Positions 1 through 13,030 of a DNA stretch of 64,000 nucleotides are shown in pieces; the first letter of the stretch is position 1, and each line of letters opens with the position of its first letter. Source of the stretch: Chrysemys picta bellii (taxonomy: Eukaryota); contig NC_088802.1 in NCBI RefSeq assembly GCF_011386835.1, forward strand, positions 3,038,001 through 3,102,000. Reading direction: 5' to 3'. A model generated the notes under the pieces. That model was given only the letters and a program-made list of their open reading frames with translations, was not told the DNA's origin and did not search any database. The position numbers and the translations under genes were made by a program.

Positions 1-3000
1 GGCCTGTCTCCACTAGATGAACCAGCTCTTTGGTACCAGGTAGTTTCCCCCCTGGGAAGTTACTTCTACACTAAATCACCGGCCAGTTTTTGGGGTGAGT
101 TAAACATGGGGGGGCTTTGGTCAGGTTGCCAGCTAGGGCTGTATAGACTGTCACACCCAAATGCTGATTCCTCTGGGAAAGCCTTGATCTTACCAAATCT
201 CCCCCGAGCGAGGCCGCACTTTGCTAGGACCTTTTTCCCAGATACCTTCTGAGGAGCTGCTGGCCCTCAACCAGTCCTTTTCTAGCCGTGTGTCTCCAGT
301 GCTTCTCTTCCAACTGGGAAGTCATCTTAGCTCCTGTTTAATATTTCTGAGGATACGGCAGAGTCTCATAAACTCAAGGACCATCCATGAATGTCACTGA
401 CGTGCTGTTTAGTCTCTCAAATCCTTCCAACGTCGTTCTTTGTATTTAGCATCACTAGTTGCGCACATAAACCCAAGCCAATCTGAACAATTTGTAAGAT
501 TTGGCTACCAAAATATATTATAGTCTAGATCCATGCTGCTAACATCCATCATTTAATCATACAGTGACTTTTTAAGAGTTGTTTTTCTTTTAAAGTTTGG
601 TCCCTCAGTTACTTTTGAGCCGTCGTTAATTTCATTCTCCCCCTTCATGTGTTAATTCATGCGCCTACTTTAGTCTAATGCTACTTCCCCCCTTGACAAA
701 CTTTTAAATGTTCATCTTACCCCCTGTAGTTTAGCATCAGCTCATTTATGTTGGTGGTGAAAGACCAAGTTAAAACACATCATCTGACCATTTCTTTCCC
801 GACGAATTAGAAAGATCTCCAAAAATATCACGCACAAGAATAAGGTAGAGATCATGCAGCTTCGGTGCTGGCTCTGTATATGATTAAAACCACTTCAAGC
901 CGGGGGTGCTGCACCCCCAGGACCCCTAGTTCTAGCACTTATCCGTTTTTTTAAAGGCTGTGTAGCTGACTGAAAATAGTTCTTAGCCCGAGATTCCTGG
1001 GCAGTGTCTGAAACCCAGACATTGGAGCACCAGCACATTGAACGTGACATGAATTAAAAGTGGTAGAACTGATTTTTTCCAGTGTCTACACTTAGCTAAA
1101 TGGAGAAAGCAAAGCACAACCAGGCTGCAGCATAGAAAACCTGGGATCGTTCCCTGCTGTGAAGAAACAAGCCGGCCCTGCCCTCCAGAAATCAGTGCCT
1201 AAAACAAAGCGTTTGGTTAAACTCTCTCTGGCTTTGAGAGGAAAGCTTGGGCCAGCAGGGGGCGCTGTAGGAGAGCATTTGGGGGCTTCAGGCTGGCTGT
1301 GCAGGGATGGAGATCGCAGGGCTGGGCTAGCAGGGGCTGCGGGTCGGGAGCCGGAGTGCAAGCAGGGTGTACGCGGTACCGGCAAGAGATGTTTAGGGAG
1401 TACGGGGTACCGGAAAGACTTGGGGCTAGGAAGGGCTTTTGTTCTTTATAAGGTTTTCACAGCACAATGCATGTGCTGACAAACTGAAAGGTTTTGTTTA
1501 AGTGTGTTAGCGTGTGTATTGTGTTGTTAAATCGGCCAGGCGTCCTCAAGAGGGAAGCGGTGTGTGCGCGTGCGGGGTGGAGGGACGGAAGGTGTTTAAA
1601 CAATGGTTGTGATTCTGTTTCTCCCCATTGGTCTGAATTATCCGTGACAGACTGGAAAATGTAGCCGACCTTCATTTTCTAGGGAATTTGTAGGAAGTTT
1701 AACAGCCCCGATTGTTTTCAGTGTTAATCAGTTAGCCTGGCTAAAGGTGCAGTCACACCCGAACAGCAAAAAATTAACCTGGCCTCTTAGGCTAAACGGA
1801 GTTAGGTCAGGCTCCATCTCTGTTGTTACATAACAGAGAACAAAACTCCAGGGGACATGGTGCTGGCACACAGAGGCGCCGACTCCCTGGGTGCTCTGGG
1901 GCTGGAGCACCCATGGGGAAAAATTAGTGGGTGCTCTGCACCCACTGGCAGCCAAGCTCCCCGCCCCGCCCCACCTCATTTCCTCCCCCAACAAGTGCAC
2001 CATGTACCCGCTCCTCCCAGCGCTTCCCGTCAGCAAACAGCTCCGGGAGGGTGGGGGGAGGAGCGTGAACATGGTGCCCTCAGGGGAGGAGGCAGGGCTG
2101 GGACGGTGATTTGGGGAAGGGACTGCAATGGGGGGGGCGGAGTTGGGGCGGGGACTTTGGGGAAGGGGTTGGAATGGGGGCGGGGCAGTGGTGGAGTCGG
2201 GGCGGGGCCAGGAGCAGAGGGGGGTCGAGCCCTCCCGGCGCCAGTAGAAGTCGGCACCTATGGTCTCAGGTATGTGGTGTGATTTTTCCGAATCTCTTTG
2301 GGGACGAGTCATGTCGGTGAAAAAGCTGCGACTTACGATTCTGCGGTTCCTTGCATGTATCGTCTTGGTATCTGAAGTGCTGAATATTAGCTCTGTTCGC
2401 TCCGTGTTTGCTGCTGTGGGGACGCCCGCGAGGTATGTAGCCAGCACGGGAAGGGACACGTCAAGGCGAATGGCCCGTTACGGATCACTCAGCTCACCGT
2501 GGAAAATGCCTGTCGACATTGAATGGGCGTTTTGTGGACGTTCTAACTAGATAGGTCGGGGTGATGGACGTGGACCTTGCCCGTGTGACTCCAAACACCG
2601 GGAGAACAGATTTCCCTTCGCTTGGCACTTGGCAGAAGCTAAAAGGCCTGGCCTGGAAAAATCTCCGTTTTGCGTCTTTCCTGCTCCAGCCTCTGGACTA
2701 TGAACATCTACAAACGGGAGCTTTCAAACCCCCTCCCCCTGCCCTGCCTCCGGCCGCGCTCACCGGCCCTGCTGGGAGGTGACTGTGTCTGCCGGGCTGA
2801 GCCGGTAGCGCAGCCAAGGCTGGTCCCGGGGCCGGGAATCGCTCCAGCCCCTCGGCAGTGCTGAGATCAGCCAGGCCAGGGCCTGCCCCGGACGGAGTCC
2901 CTCGAGATGCCCAGCCAAGCTCCCCGCACTGTCCCCTTCCTCCCCTCCGCCCCTGGCTGAGACCGGCCAGGCTGCTGCCCCACTCCCAGGTGGCTCAGCT

Positions 3001-3357
3001 CCGGAGGGACAGGGGGGGCCCCACAGGCGGTGGGAAGCAGAGACGGCCCGGAGCCGGAGGTGCACTGGGGTCCGGCCAGGGGGCTGAGAGGAGCAGGGGG
3101 TTGGCAGGAGGTGGGAGGAGCCAGACGGGTCTTGGGGAACAGGGCAAGCGGAGCAGCCCAGGGCCCCTTCTGAGCGTGGGCCCGGCCCCATGGCACCCTT
3201 GGAGCTGTTGTACACCCAGCACTGTGGCTGGTTTCTCCCTTGAAGGGACAAAGCTCAGATGGCTGCCGACTTTCTCCCCCGCGTCCGCAGCCTTTGATAC
3301 CTGTGGTGTAAGCAACAGAGCCCTGGCTTGAGTGGTTTTGTTCTTTCCTCTCCAGAT

Positions 3358-3552
3358 GCTCCCCAAGCCAGGTTCCCCGCTCCCCAAGCCAGGTTCCCCG
3401 CTCCCCAAGCCAGGTTCCCCACTCCCCAAACCAGGTTCCCCGCTCCCCAGACCAGGTTCCCCGCTCCCCAAGCCAGGTTCCCCACTCCCCAAGCCAGGTT
3501 CCCCACTCCCCAGACCAGGTTCCCCGCTCCCCAAGCCAGGTTCCCCACTCCC
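3358..3552. repeat. 21-bp minisatellite (gctccccaagccaggttcccc), about 9 copies
   Basis: Unit read directly from sequence; it produces the (GSGEPGL)n and (PKPGSPL)n ORFs in the track. Confidence 0.95.
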
Positions 3553-3689
3553 CGCCCCCTGAACTCCCCTGGAGGGCGCACAGCCCCCCCATGAGCCCAC
3601 CCCACCCCACCCCGGCAGCCCCTGCCCTGAGTCCACTCAGTGGCTTTGCCTGGCTTGGGCCACTGCAGCAGCTCAGCAGAGAGGAGCCG

Positions 3690-3960
3690 CCTTCTGGGGG
3701 CTCCTGCAGCAGATGCATGTGGGCAGAGGCCCCCGTGCACCCCCCCCCCCCCGGCTTTCCCCTCGCTGTGCTCGGGCTCTGCGGCTCCCGGGAGTGTGAG
3801 CTGCCGCTGCCCCTCCCGGAGCCAGCTCAGGGCCCTGCGCCCCAGTGGCTAACATGCCCGGGAGCCACAGAGCCCAAGCGTGGTGAGGGGGCAGCTGGGG
3901 GGCGCATGGGGGCCTCTGCCCGCATGCATCTGCTGCAGCCTGCAGGAGCCCCCCCAGGGG
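3690..3960. repeat. Imperfect inverted repeat, MITE-like
   Basis: The arm gcagcagatgcatgtgggcagaggccccc...gggctctgcggctcccggg (~3705-3795) recurs as its reverse complement at ~3855-3945. Confidence 0.6.
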
Positions 3961-4641
3961 GGTGCCAGGCCACAGCCTGGGCAGGAGGGGCAAGGGGCGC
4001 GGCTGCTTCTCACTAGCGGCGCTGCCGCCTTTGCAGGGCTCCTGCCCCCCTGCGCCAGCTCCTCCATGGCTGGGGCTCACCTCCCCTGCAAGCCGACACT
4101 CTGGCTCTCCGGTGCCTCCGGAAGGCGGCTCCTCCCTGCCGCGCCAGGGCACCGCTTTTTGGCGCCCCCAGGGCCATCCTTAGGATTTATGGGGCCCTAT
4201 GCAGTATTATTAAACTGGTGCCCCTATGCCCCACGGCAGCCTGGGCTTGCAGCCCGGCGGGGGCGGAGGGACAAGGCAGAAAGAATAAGAAGACGCCCGG
4301 CCCGCCTCACGGTGGTGGAGAGTCACAGTTCCCCGCAGAGACCCCTGTGCCCTCTCCCTCACGCAGAATGGACAGGCAGAAGGTACCTAATTAAAAGCAC
4401 TAAACTTGGGAATAAAAAGTGTCAGTCACGGGGTTTTTTGATATGCCCGGAAGTTTGTCAGACATTTATTTGCAAATACTTTGTAGTAAGGGTGAGTCAG
4501 CGTCCTGCTGAATACAACATGAAACATTATGGGATACATGTGCAGCTCATCTCTGGTTTACATTTTCTTAATCAGTATTTCTAGGCCGATTTTATACTTT
4601 AAATGTACTCTTCAGCCTTCGTAAAGTCACCATTCCAGATA

Positions 4642-4723
4642 TGCATCCGAAGAAGTGGGCTGTAGTCCACAAAAGCTTATGCTCTAATAAATCTGTTAGT
4701 CTCTAAGGTGCTACAAGTACTCC
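4642..4723 (+). mobile_element. Penelope-like retroelement terminal fragment
   Basis: tgcatccgaagaagtgggctgtagtccacaaaagcttatgctctaataaatctgttagtctctaaggtgctacaagtactcc matches, from recall, the very common turtle Penelope-type end; not searched. Confidence 0.65.
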
Positions 4724-5634
4724 CATTTCCGATTACTACATATTTAACTCACTGAAACAGACATCATTTTAAATTAATCAGTCACAGAGGTTTAGTGTGT
4801 TCAGAACAATGTTCACTGCTTTTAGAAAAAGGGAACACTCATTTACCGTGTGAGAGCTCCATAACAATACACGTGTTTATGAAATGTCACCAACTTTAAA
4901 AAATATGTTTTCAAAGATTTTAGGCATCACAGAGGATTTTATATCTTACTAAGGTACTGGTTTTGCTTAAAACTAGTTCATCAGATAGTCAGAAGTAAAG
5001 AAAGGGAAACTCTTTGTCCGGCTATCTGGAAGGAAAGGGCTGTTGCTTCCTTCAACTCGGGGCCGGGGGGGTGGAGTAGAGAGGGGGTGAAGGGAGAAAT
5101 GGATGGACAGAAAGGACAGGAAGACTTTGGGAGTACGTTTTTTTACTATAGTAATTAAAATGTGTATTTTAGGTAAGGGTGGTCTTTTGAAGAATTTATT
5201 TTAAAAAGCCATATGTCTGAAGATCCAAGCATTTAAGGCTAAAGATGATGGTGCATCTAAAAATCATGCAAGGATTTTTGAGAGAGGTGATTTTATAATC
5301 TTCACCGACTCGCTAATGAAATATTTTAAATCAAATGGTCCTGTAGACTGACATGTTCTGAGTAAATATGACAGTCATGCACAACTGTTTTTGTCAGTAC
5401 ATTCAGAAACTGACAGTGTATACCCGGGGGTTGGCAAATGCCTGTGAAATGCCTTCATTGCCCCTTGAATGGCTCGTTAACAATTTCAGTGTTGTGCTAA
5501 TAGGTCTGGCAGGCTGGAGACTTTTTCTCTTTTAACTACTAGATCCCCTTCCCAGGAAGACTCGGAGCCTGCAGGAAGGGTCCCATGAGTGCAGTACCAG
5601 CAAGAAATGATTTCTTCTTGCACCACTGGTCAGG

Positions 5635-5990
5635 AGTGAGGGGCACTGGCAGAGCTGGGGGGAGCCCAGGGCTGGGCTAGCAGGGCCTGCAAGTTGGGAG
5701 TGAGGGGCACTGGCAGAGCTGGGGAGGGGGGCAGGGCTGGGCTGGCAGGGGCTGCAAGTTGGGAGTGAGGGGAACCGGCAGAGCTGAGGGGGACCAGGGC
5801 TGGGCTAGCAGGGGCTGCAGGTCGGGAGTGAGGGGCACCAGCAGGGCTGGGGGGGTCAGGACTGGGCTAGCAGGGGCTGCAGGTCGGGAGTGAGGGGCAC
5901 CGGCAGAGCTGGGGGGGCAGGGCTGGGCTGGCAGGGGGCTGCAGGTCGGGAGTGAGGGGCACTGGCAGGGCTGGGGGTGAAGGGGGTGGA
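5635..5990. repeat. ~60-bp GC-rich minisatellite (gggagtgaggggcaccggcagagctgggggggcagggctgggctagcagggggctgcgggtc family)
   Basis: About 6 tandem units. The same family recurs at 10755-11480, 16820-17190, 37545-37710, 39385-39480, 43935-44130 and 45790-46000. Confidence 0.9.
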
Positions 5991-7306
5991 GGAGCCATTC
6001 TCTGGGGGTCGCTGACATGGGACAGGGGTGCACATTGGTTCCCCGAGTGGCAAGGACCAAACAGAATCTGAGGTCTTCATATATTTAGCCTCCAAGTGTC
6101 TGAATTCCACAGCCAGGACTCCTGGGTTCTCTCCCAGCTCTGGGAGGGAAGTGGGGGCTGGTGGGTTAGAGCAGGGGGGGCTGGGAGCCAGGACTCCTGG
6201 CTTCTATTTTTACCTGTGCAGCTGACTTACCTAGTGTCTTTAGTTAGTCCCCAGCCCCTCCATTTCCCCCCCCCCCCCGGTGTAATTCCCGTCTCCCTGG
6301 GAAGCTGATCCGGCCCCGGAGACTGCACCCCGCTCTGACCCATGAGGTTGGGGGGGGTCTCCCCACTTTGGGGGCAGGCGATGCCCCTTGGCCTGCAGTC
6401 TGGCTTCCTGCCTCCTTCCCCAGCGGGTGGGGGGAGCTGTTAGGCAATAATGTGCCTCCCCCCCCCCCCACCGGGGGGATTTCTGAACGGCCGCCCCACA
6501 CAACTTCCTCAGAACTTTCTCTCTGCAGCGTCTCTCTCCCGCAGCCGCCCGCCCCGGCTGGATTAGCGCCAAGGGTGTTGCCTCGCCCTGAGGGAAGTAG
6601 CATGTTTGGGGCTTTTATTCTCTTGAGTGGGAGGGGGTTTCCCGAATCCTTATCAAAACATTCCTCGCTCTCTGGAGGGAAGGGAGTTGCTGGGAAGCTA
6701 CTGGGGCTGGGATCCCTCTCGCCTGGATTTCTTGGCCTGCCAAAGAGAGTCTGCAGCCCACTCGTCTCCGCCTGTTCTGGAATCCGGGAAATCTGAGACG
6801 CCACAACACCTCGATTGTAGCTAAGCTAACCCCCCCCCCCCCCGAGGCCCCCAGTAAAGTTGTTCTAGGTGGTTCTTCATTCTGGAATCCCAGAACGAAG
6901 CCAACTCTGGCTGCTAACAGAATTGGAGGTAAGAGGTGTTCTAGAATGAGACACCTAGAACCCGGTCTGTCTGCCATCCAGAGTGAAGCCAATCCCATCT
7001 GCTAACCAAGTGGGTGATTCAGGTTCTCTAGAATGAGGGGACCCCTGGAACCTGAAACATCTGGATTCCAGAATCAAAGCCAGCTCCAGATGTTCCCAAC
7101 ATTTGAAGTGCAGGCGCTCGGGAATAAGGAGAACCCTCGAACCTGGTCTTTCTGGATACAGCAGGAAGCCAACCCCAAGCCTGAACAGAATTTTGGGCTT
7201 TAGAATGATGCAGCACCTAGAACCCAGACTTTCTAGAAGTAAGCAAGAAGGCAATCTTGAGCCACAGGGAACAATAAAAAATCTCATCTTTGGGTGGTCT
7301 GGGTGC

Positions 7307-8336
7307 TTGTAGTGAGGCGGAGTAGCCTCCCTTTGAGCTGGACAGCGAGGGACCACTGCATTCCCCCGGTAGGCAGAGCCGAATCCGGCCCAGCACTGGG
7401 AGTCCCAGGGTGGGACAGGAAGTATAAAACCAGAGCCCCAGAGCTCAGTTGGGACTGGACCACCAGAGGGAGCAGACATCTCTTCTAAGGAGCGGAGATA
7501 TTTGCAGGATCCTGGACTAGCACCTGAGTGAGTCATGCATGGACATGTGACTTGCCCAGGTGACTCCTAAACTCCATCTTGGAGCTGGACTTTGCATAGG
7601 AGTGAGGAGGGGGTTCTCCACCCACAAGAGAAAGTCTATTTAAACCCTGGGAGACCCCTCCATTTTGTCTTCAGCTGGCTAAAGAGGGAGCCTCCCCACC
7701 CCCCAGGATACTTGGAAAAAACTGGAACAAAGGGGTGTGAGTGATTGCTGGACCCAGGCTAAAAGGAGATTAGTCTGTAAAAGGGAGCATTCTAGAACTG
7801 GTGAGGATCTTATCTGTATTCAGCTTGATTAGACATAGATTTGCGCATTTTATTTTATTTTGCTTGGTGACTTACTTTGTTCTGTCTGTTACTACTTGGA
7901 ACCACTTAAATCCTACTGTCTGTATTTAATAAAATCACTTTTTACTTATTAATTAACCCAGAGTATGTGTTAATACCTAGGTGGGCAAACAGCTGTGCCT
8001 ATCTCTCTATCAGTGTTCTAGAGGGTGAACAATTGATGAGTTTACCCTGCATAAGCTTTATACAGGGTAAAATGGATTTATTTGGGTTTAGACCCCATTG
8101 GGAGTTGGGCATCTGAGTGTTAAAGACAGGAACACTTCTGTGAGCTGTTTTCAGGTAAACCTGCAGCTTTGGGGCAAGTAATTCAGACCCTGGGTCTGTG
8201 TTGGAGCAGACGGGCGTGTCTGGCTCGGCAAGACAGGGTGCTGGAGCCCCGAGCTGGCAGGGAAAGCAGGCGCAGAGGTAGTCTGGGCACATCGGGTGGC
8301 AGCTCCCAGGGGGTTTCTGTGATCCAACCCGTCACA
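7307..8336 (+). mobile_element. LTR-derived sequence, probably two joined LTR fragments
   Basis: Starts TGTAGTGAGG, has TATA-like motifs (agtataaaa ~7421, tatttaaa ~7637) and AATAAA at 7928, and ends ...gatccaacccgtcaCA at 8336 (TG...CA termini). No internal coding region. Confidence 0.7.
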
Positions 8337-10754
8337 CAGACTTCAATCCGGTTCTGCAGCCGGGGAGTGAGTCAGTGTGTTTCGGGAGGATCACCGGTGG
8401 TGAACCCATCTGCCATTATTAGGGGCTTGGGCTGGGACACAGTGGAATAGAGTGGGCCCGGGTCCCTCTACCCCCCCCAACCTCAACCCTGGGGTCACGG
8501 CTAAACCCCCTCTTTGTGTCCAGAAGGCCTGGGCTGCTTTGTGGGCTCACCCCAAGCCAGGCGGCTGTGGAGCCATAGACTGTGCTCCGACTGTTACTTG
8601 CTGTCTGCCTGTAGTGAGGTGAAGTGGCCTCCCTCCCTCGAGAGTGAGGAACCACTACAGAGCTCTAGGAACACCAGGAAACGGGCCTTTCTGGGATGCA
8701 GGAGGATCCAGAACACTTCTGTTCTACAGCCCAGAACCCCTGGTGACTTTGGGCAGCTGGCAGAGTTTCTGAGTGGTCTGACTGTGGCTGGGGTGGACCT
8801 GCCATGTTGCCGTTAGAGCATTATGTTTCCTAGAATGCAGGGAAACCAAAACGGGCTCCGGGGTTCATGGGGCATTTCTGGACTGGGGCAGTCTAGACCT
8901 CTGACTCCTCCGGGAAATCTAGGGTTCTGGAATCCAGAACCTTCATCTCTCCAGTGTCCTGGGTGTGGAGGCGGCAGGGATCTTTGGGTTCTGGAATTCA
9001 GTGCTTCTCGGTGGATCCCTGCCCTTCTCAGACATCAAAACACAACGTTCGAGAATTCAGAAAGCATTTTTTCCAGAAAATGTGGTGCTCTAGAACTCGG
9101 ACTCTCCAAGCCGCACCCTCTAGAACAACCAGCATTTTCTGGATTCCACATCCAGGATTCCTGGGTTCTATCCTGGCTCTAGGAGTGGAGTGGGATCTAG
9201 AGGATAGTCACTCTAGAACCCAGAACGTGCATCCTAGAGCTCTAGAAGCCATGCACCTTGGGGCAATGAGTTCTGGAGCCAAAAATTCCACATACCCCAG
9301 CTCTAGACACTCTAGAATCCCGGCCATTTGGTCAGCTGTGCACTAGAACAGATCATATTTAGCCCAGTCACTCAAGAAATCAGAATGTTCTGTTCCTGGA
9401 GGTCTAGAACACATTATGTTCATCTCCCCCGGGAACTCTAGAATAGCGTTTCTCACTGACCAGTCCATGCTCCCTGAGATCTCCCTGACACCATTTAGGA
9501 AGGCAGCAAGCAGGTCCCTGATATTAAAAAGGTTGAGAAATATTGCTCTAGAACTCAGAGCCTTCAGACATCCGATGTTCTAGAATGGAGAGGCCTTTTT
9601 TCCCCCCCAGGGCCCCATTGTGCTTTCTGGGAAATTCCATTATTTCTCCTTAACCCGACCCATTCCCTGGGTTTAGGGGAGAGCATGCATGCTCTAGAAC
9701 AGTGGGCGCTGTAGAACGCCACGTTCCAGAACCCAGAACGCATTGCAGCTTCATGCGGATGGGGCGGGAAGGAGCTGGGTCTACAAATAGTCGAAGAGGA
9801 AGGAGTGGGGCTGTTCGAGGCCGGATGCTAACCTTCTACTGCTGCTGCTTAACAGCGTGACTCCACTAACTGTTGGTTTAGAGGGCTGGGCTCTTGGTGG
9901 AGACAGATGAAGGGTCAGTAGATGCTGAGGGGACTGCTCAGAGCAGGGTAATTGCCTTCTACTGCTGCCGGCTGATGGAGTCGCTCCTCCAGCTCAAAGG
10001 TTAGGGCTGTTGGGGAGAGAGACCAGCTCGCTGCCCTGGATTTTGTCCCAGGAAGCGGCCGATCAGCCATGGCCGCATCGTTCCCAACACCGACCTACGG
10101 GTGCGGGGGTCTGCTGGAGAAGAAATGGCGATTGTCCTGCACTGGGAGGATGATGCCGAGCCCCGGAAGTCACAGCAGAGCTGGGCGGAGTCCCTCGGAG
10201 TCTCTCCCACCGGGAGCGGGGCCGCAGGGAGCTGTGCGTGATGGGCAGAGTTAAGGTGAGGTGAGGGTGAGTGTCCAAGGCCACATTGGCCCAGGGGGGA
10301 TGGAAAATGAGGCCCTGTCTGTCCATGCAATGAAGTGGGGGGCAGATCCTAGAGATCCTTCAGCCATAGGCATCGGGGAACAGGGAATGGGGCAGGGGTC
10401 TGTCCCCTCTAGGGGGCGCTGGCTCCCATCCGGCCCCAGGGCAGGGACTGGCTGGCTCAGGGGAGCGGGGAATGGGGCAGGGGCCTGTCCCCTCTAGGGG
10501 CACAAGTCCCTAACATACCTTGTATTACAACTGCTCCACAGATCCCCCCCACTTGCTGAGCCCTGCCTGGGTGTGTCTGGGGCTGAAGCTCAGCTGGGGG
10601 GGCGGAGGGGGATGACACAAGGGAAGTGACTATGACTGATGCGGAGCTGGTTTCGCCTGGCCGGGGGCTGTGGGGGAACCACAGGCAGCTCATCCCAGCC
10701 TGGGAAACCGGCCGCAGCCTGTCACATGCACGCGGGAGAGACGCCCAGCCCGGC

Positions 10755-11480
10755 CGGTGCCCCTCACTCCCGACCTGCAGCCCCCTGCCAGCCCAGCCCT
10801 GCCCCCCCCAGCTCTGCCGGTGCCCCTCACTCCCGACCCGCAACCCCTGCTAGCCCAGCCCTGCCCCCCAGCCCTGCCGGTGCCCCTCACTCCCGACCCG
10901 CAACCCCTGCTAGCCCAGCCCTGCCCCCGAGCTCTGCCGGTGCCCCTCACTCCCGACCCACAGCCCCCTGCGTACCCCCTCCCCCAGCTCCGCCGGTGCC
11001 CCTCACTCCCGACCCGCAGCCCCCTGCGTACCCCCTCCCCCAGCTCCGCCGGTGCCCCTCACTCCCAACCCGCAGCCCCCTGCGTACCCCCTCCCCCAGC
11101 TCCGCCAGTGCCCCTCACTCCCGACCCGCAGCCCCCTGCGTACCCCCTCCCCCAGCTCTGCCAGTGCCCCTCACTCCCAACCCGCAGCCCCTTGGTATCC
11201 CCCCAGCTCTGCCAGTGCCCCTCACTCCCGACCCACAGCCCCTGCTATCCCAGCCCTGTGCCCCCCAGCTCTGCCGGTGCCCCTCACTCCCGACCCGCAG
11301 CCCCCTGGTATCCCCCCAGTTCTGCCGGTGCCCCTCACTCCCGACCCGCAGCCCCTGCTAGCCCAGCCCTGCCCCCCCCAGCTCTACCGGTGCCCCTCAC
11401 TCCCGACCCGCAGCCCCTGCTAGCCCAGCCCTGCCCCGCAGCTCTGCCGGTGCCCCTCACTCCCGACCCGGAGCCCCCTG
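10755..11480. repeat. ~60-bp minisatellite array (cccctcactcccgacccgcagcccc...)
   Basis: More than 10 tandem units; source of the spurious (PLTPDPQP)n ORFs. Confidence 0.95.
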
Positions 11481-12479
11481 TGCAATGGGGGGGCCCCAGG
11501 CTCCCAGCCCCGCTCTGCCTCACTGGGGGTCTGGCTTCACCTGGGGCTTTGAGCACCCGGCCCCAAGCCTGGATCCCCGACTCTGAGACTGGATCCCCCC
11601 CAGTCCTGAGCCCAGCTCCTCTCCCCAAGCCAGCTCCCCCCCACGCCCCAGCCCCATCAGACCCCCGGCCTCAGGCACTGGGGGAGGCGTCTCCAGGATG
11701 GAGAGGCTCCGCCCCGCCCGCCATATTGTCATGGTGATGATGTCCCCGGTGTTGCCGTGGAGACGGCCGGCCACCCCCATGTTGTCGTCGTGGCAATGCT
11801 GCCAGGTGCCTTATCACCCGCATGGAGTTCCATGACCTAAGACCTCTGCGGACCTGCGACCTCGTGAGTGTCGCCATGGTGTCAACCTGGCTATGATGAG
11901 CACCATGCAATTGCCATAGTGATGACCTCATGCGACCCATAACCTCCTTGACCTAATGTAACCTGTGACCCCATTTGGCCTTTGAACTCTTTGGCTATGT
12001 GACCTCTGACCCCCTGGGGGTTGCCATGGCTGTGACCCCATGTGGCTGATCACCCCCTTGAGCTGACCTCCCATGACCTATGACCTCCTTGGCATTGCCA
12101 TGGTGCTGACACCGTGTGTCCCATGATGCCTTGTGTTTCATCAGGGCGGGGACCTCACCCACCTCCTGACCTCTCACACGGTGCCCATGATGATGTCATC
12201 ATGGCTGTGACCTCACGGGAGGGTCCGGCTCCTCCCACGTGTGACATCATGGCTTCGCCTCACCCACTGCCCACCTCCCCGCCCCCATGCTTCAGCCACT
12301 AGCCCCCAGGCCCCTCCAGGAGCTGGGGAGAGAACCCAGGAGTCCTGGCTCCCAGTTCCCCCCCCCCAACCACTAGACCTCCCCTCCTGGGTCTCTGATG
12401 TTGTGTCTGTTGTCAGTGTGGGTGTGTTTCTCTATTTGTTTACCTATTTATCCCTGTTTGTGTCTTTGTACCTTTAACT

Positions 12480-13030
12480 CTGTGTGTGTGCATGTGTGTG
12501 TAGCTGGGTTGTAGCTGGGGCATGTGTGTGTGTGGCTGGGGGTGTATGTGTGTGTGCATAGCTGGGGTGTAGCTGAGAGGTGTGTGTATGTGTAGCTGGG
12601 GGGGTATCTAGCTGTGTGTGTGTGTGTGTAGCTGGGTGGGTGGGTGTGGCTGGAAATGTATGTGTCTGTGTGTAGCTAGGGTGTTTGTGTGTGTGTGTAG
12701 CTGGGTAGTAGCTGGGATGGGTGTAGCTGCCGTGGGTGTATGTGTCTGTTTGTAGCTAGGGTGTTTGTGTGTAGCTGGTGTGTGTGTATCTGTGTAGGTG
12801 GGTGGGTGTGGCTGGGGTGTATGTTTCTGTGTGTAGCTAGGGTGTTTGTGTGTGTGTAGCTGGGCTGTAGCTGGTGTGTGTGTGTGTGTAGCTGGTGTGT
12901 GTGTGTGTGTAGCTAGGGTGTGTGTGTGTAGCTGGTGGGTTTAGTTGGCATTTAGACGGGTCGTGTGTGTGTGTAACTGGAGGGGTGTGGCTGGCTGGTG
13001 TGTGTGTAGCTGTGTTGTGTTTGTGTGTGT
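12480..13030. repeat. Degenerate (TG)n / tgtagctg simple repeat
   Basis: Seen directly. Similar tracts at 14600-15100, 17430-18180, 19280-19870, 57680-57760 and 58610-58930. Confidence 0.9.

Noticed and set aside
1728-2782. 243-aa minus-strand ORF and neighbouring ORFs in CpG-rich sequence
   Set aside because: No recognisable domain or consistent exon structure in any frame. It may be transposon-derived, but I cannot support a call.
2867-3718. 283-aa and 213-aa ORFs with WLGERGT / GSGEPGL repeats
   Set aside because: Produced by the 21-bp minisatellite plus GC-rich flanks.
10639-11737. Long Pro-rich ORFs (240 and 355 aa)
   Set aside because: These are translations of a 60-bp minisatellite that is open in several frames, with no domain or splice support.
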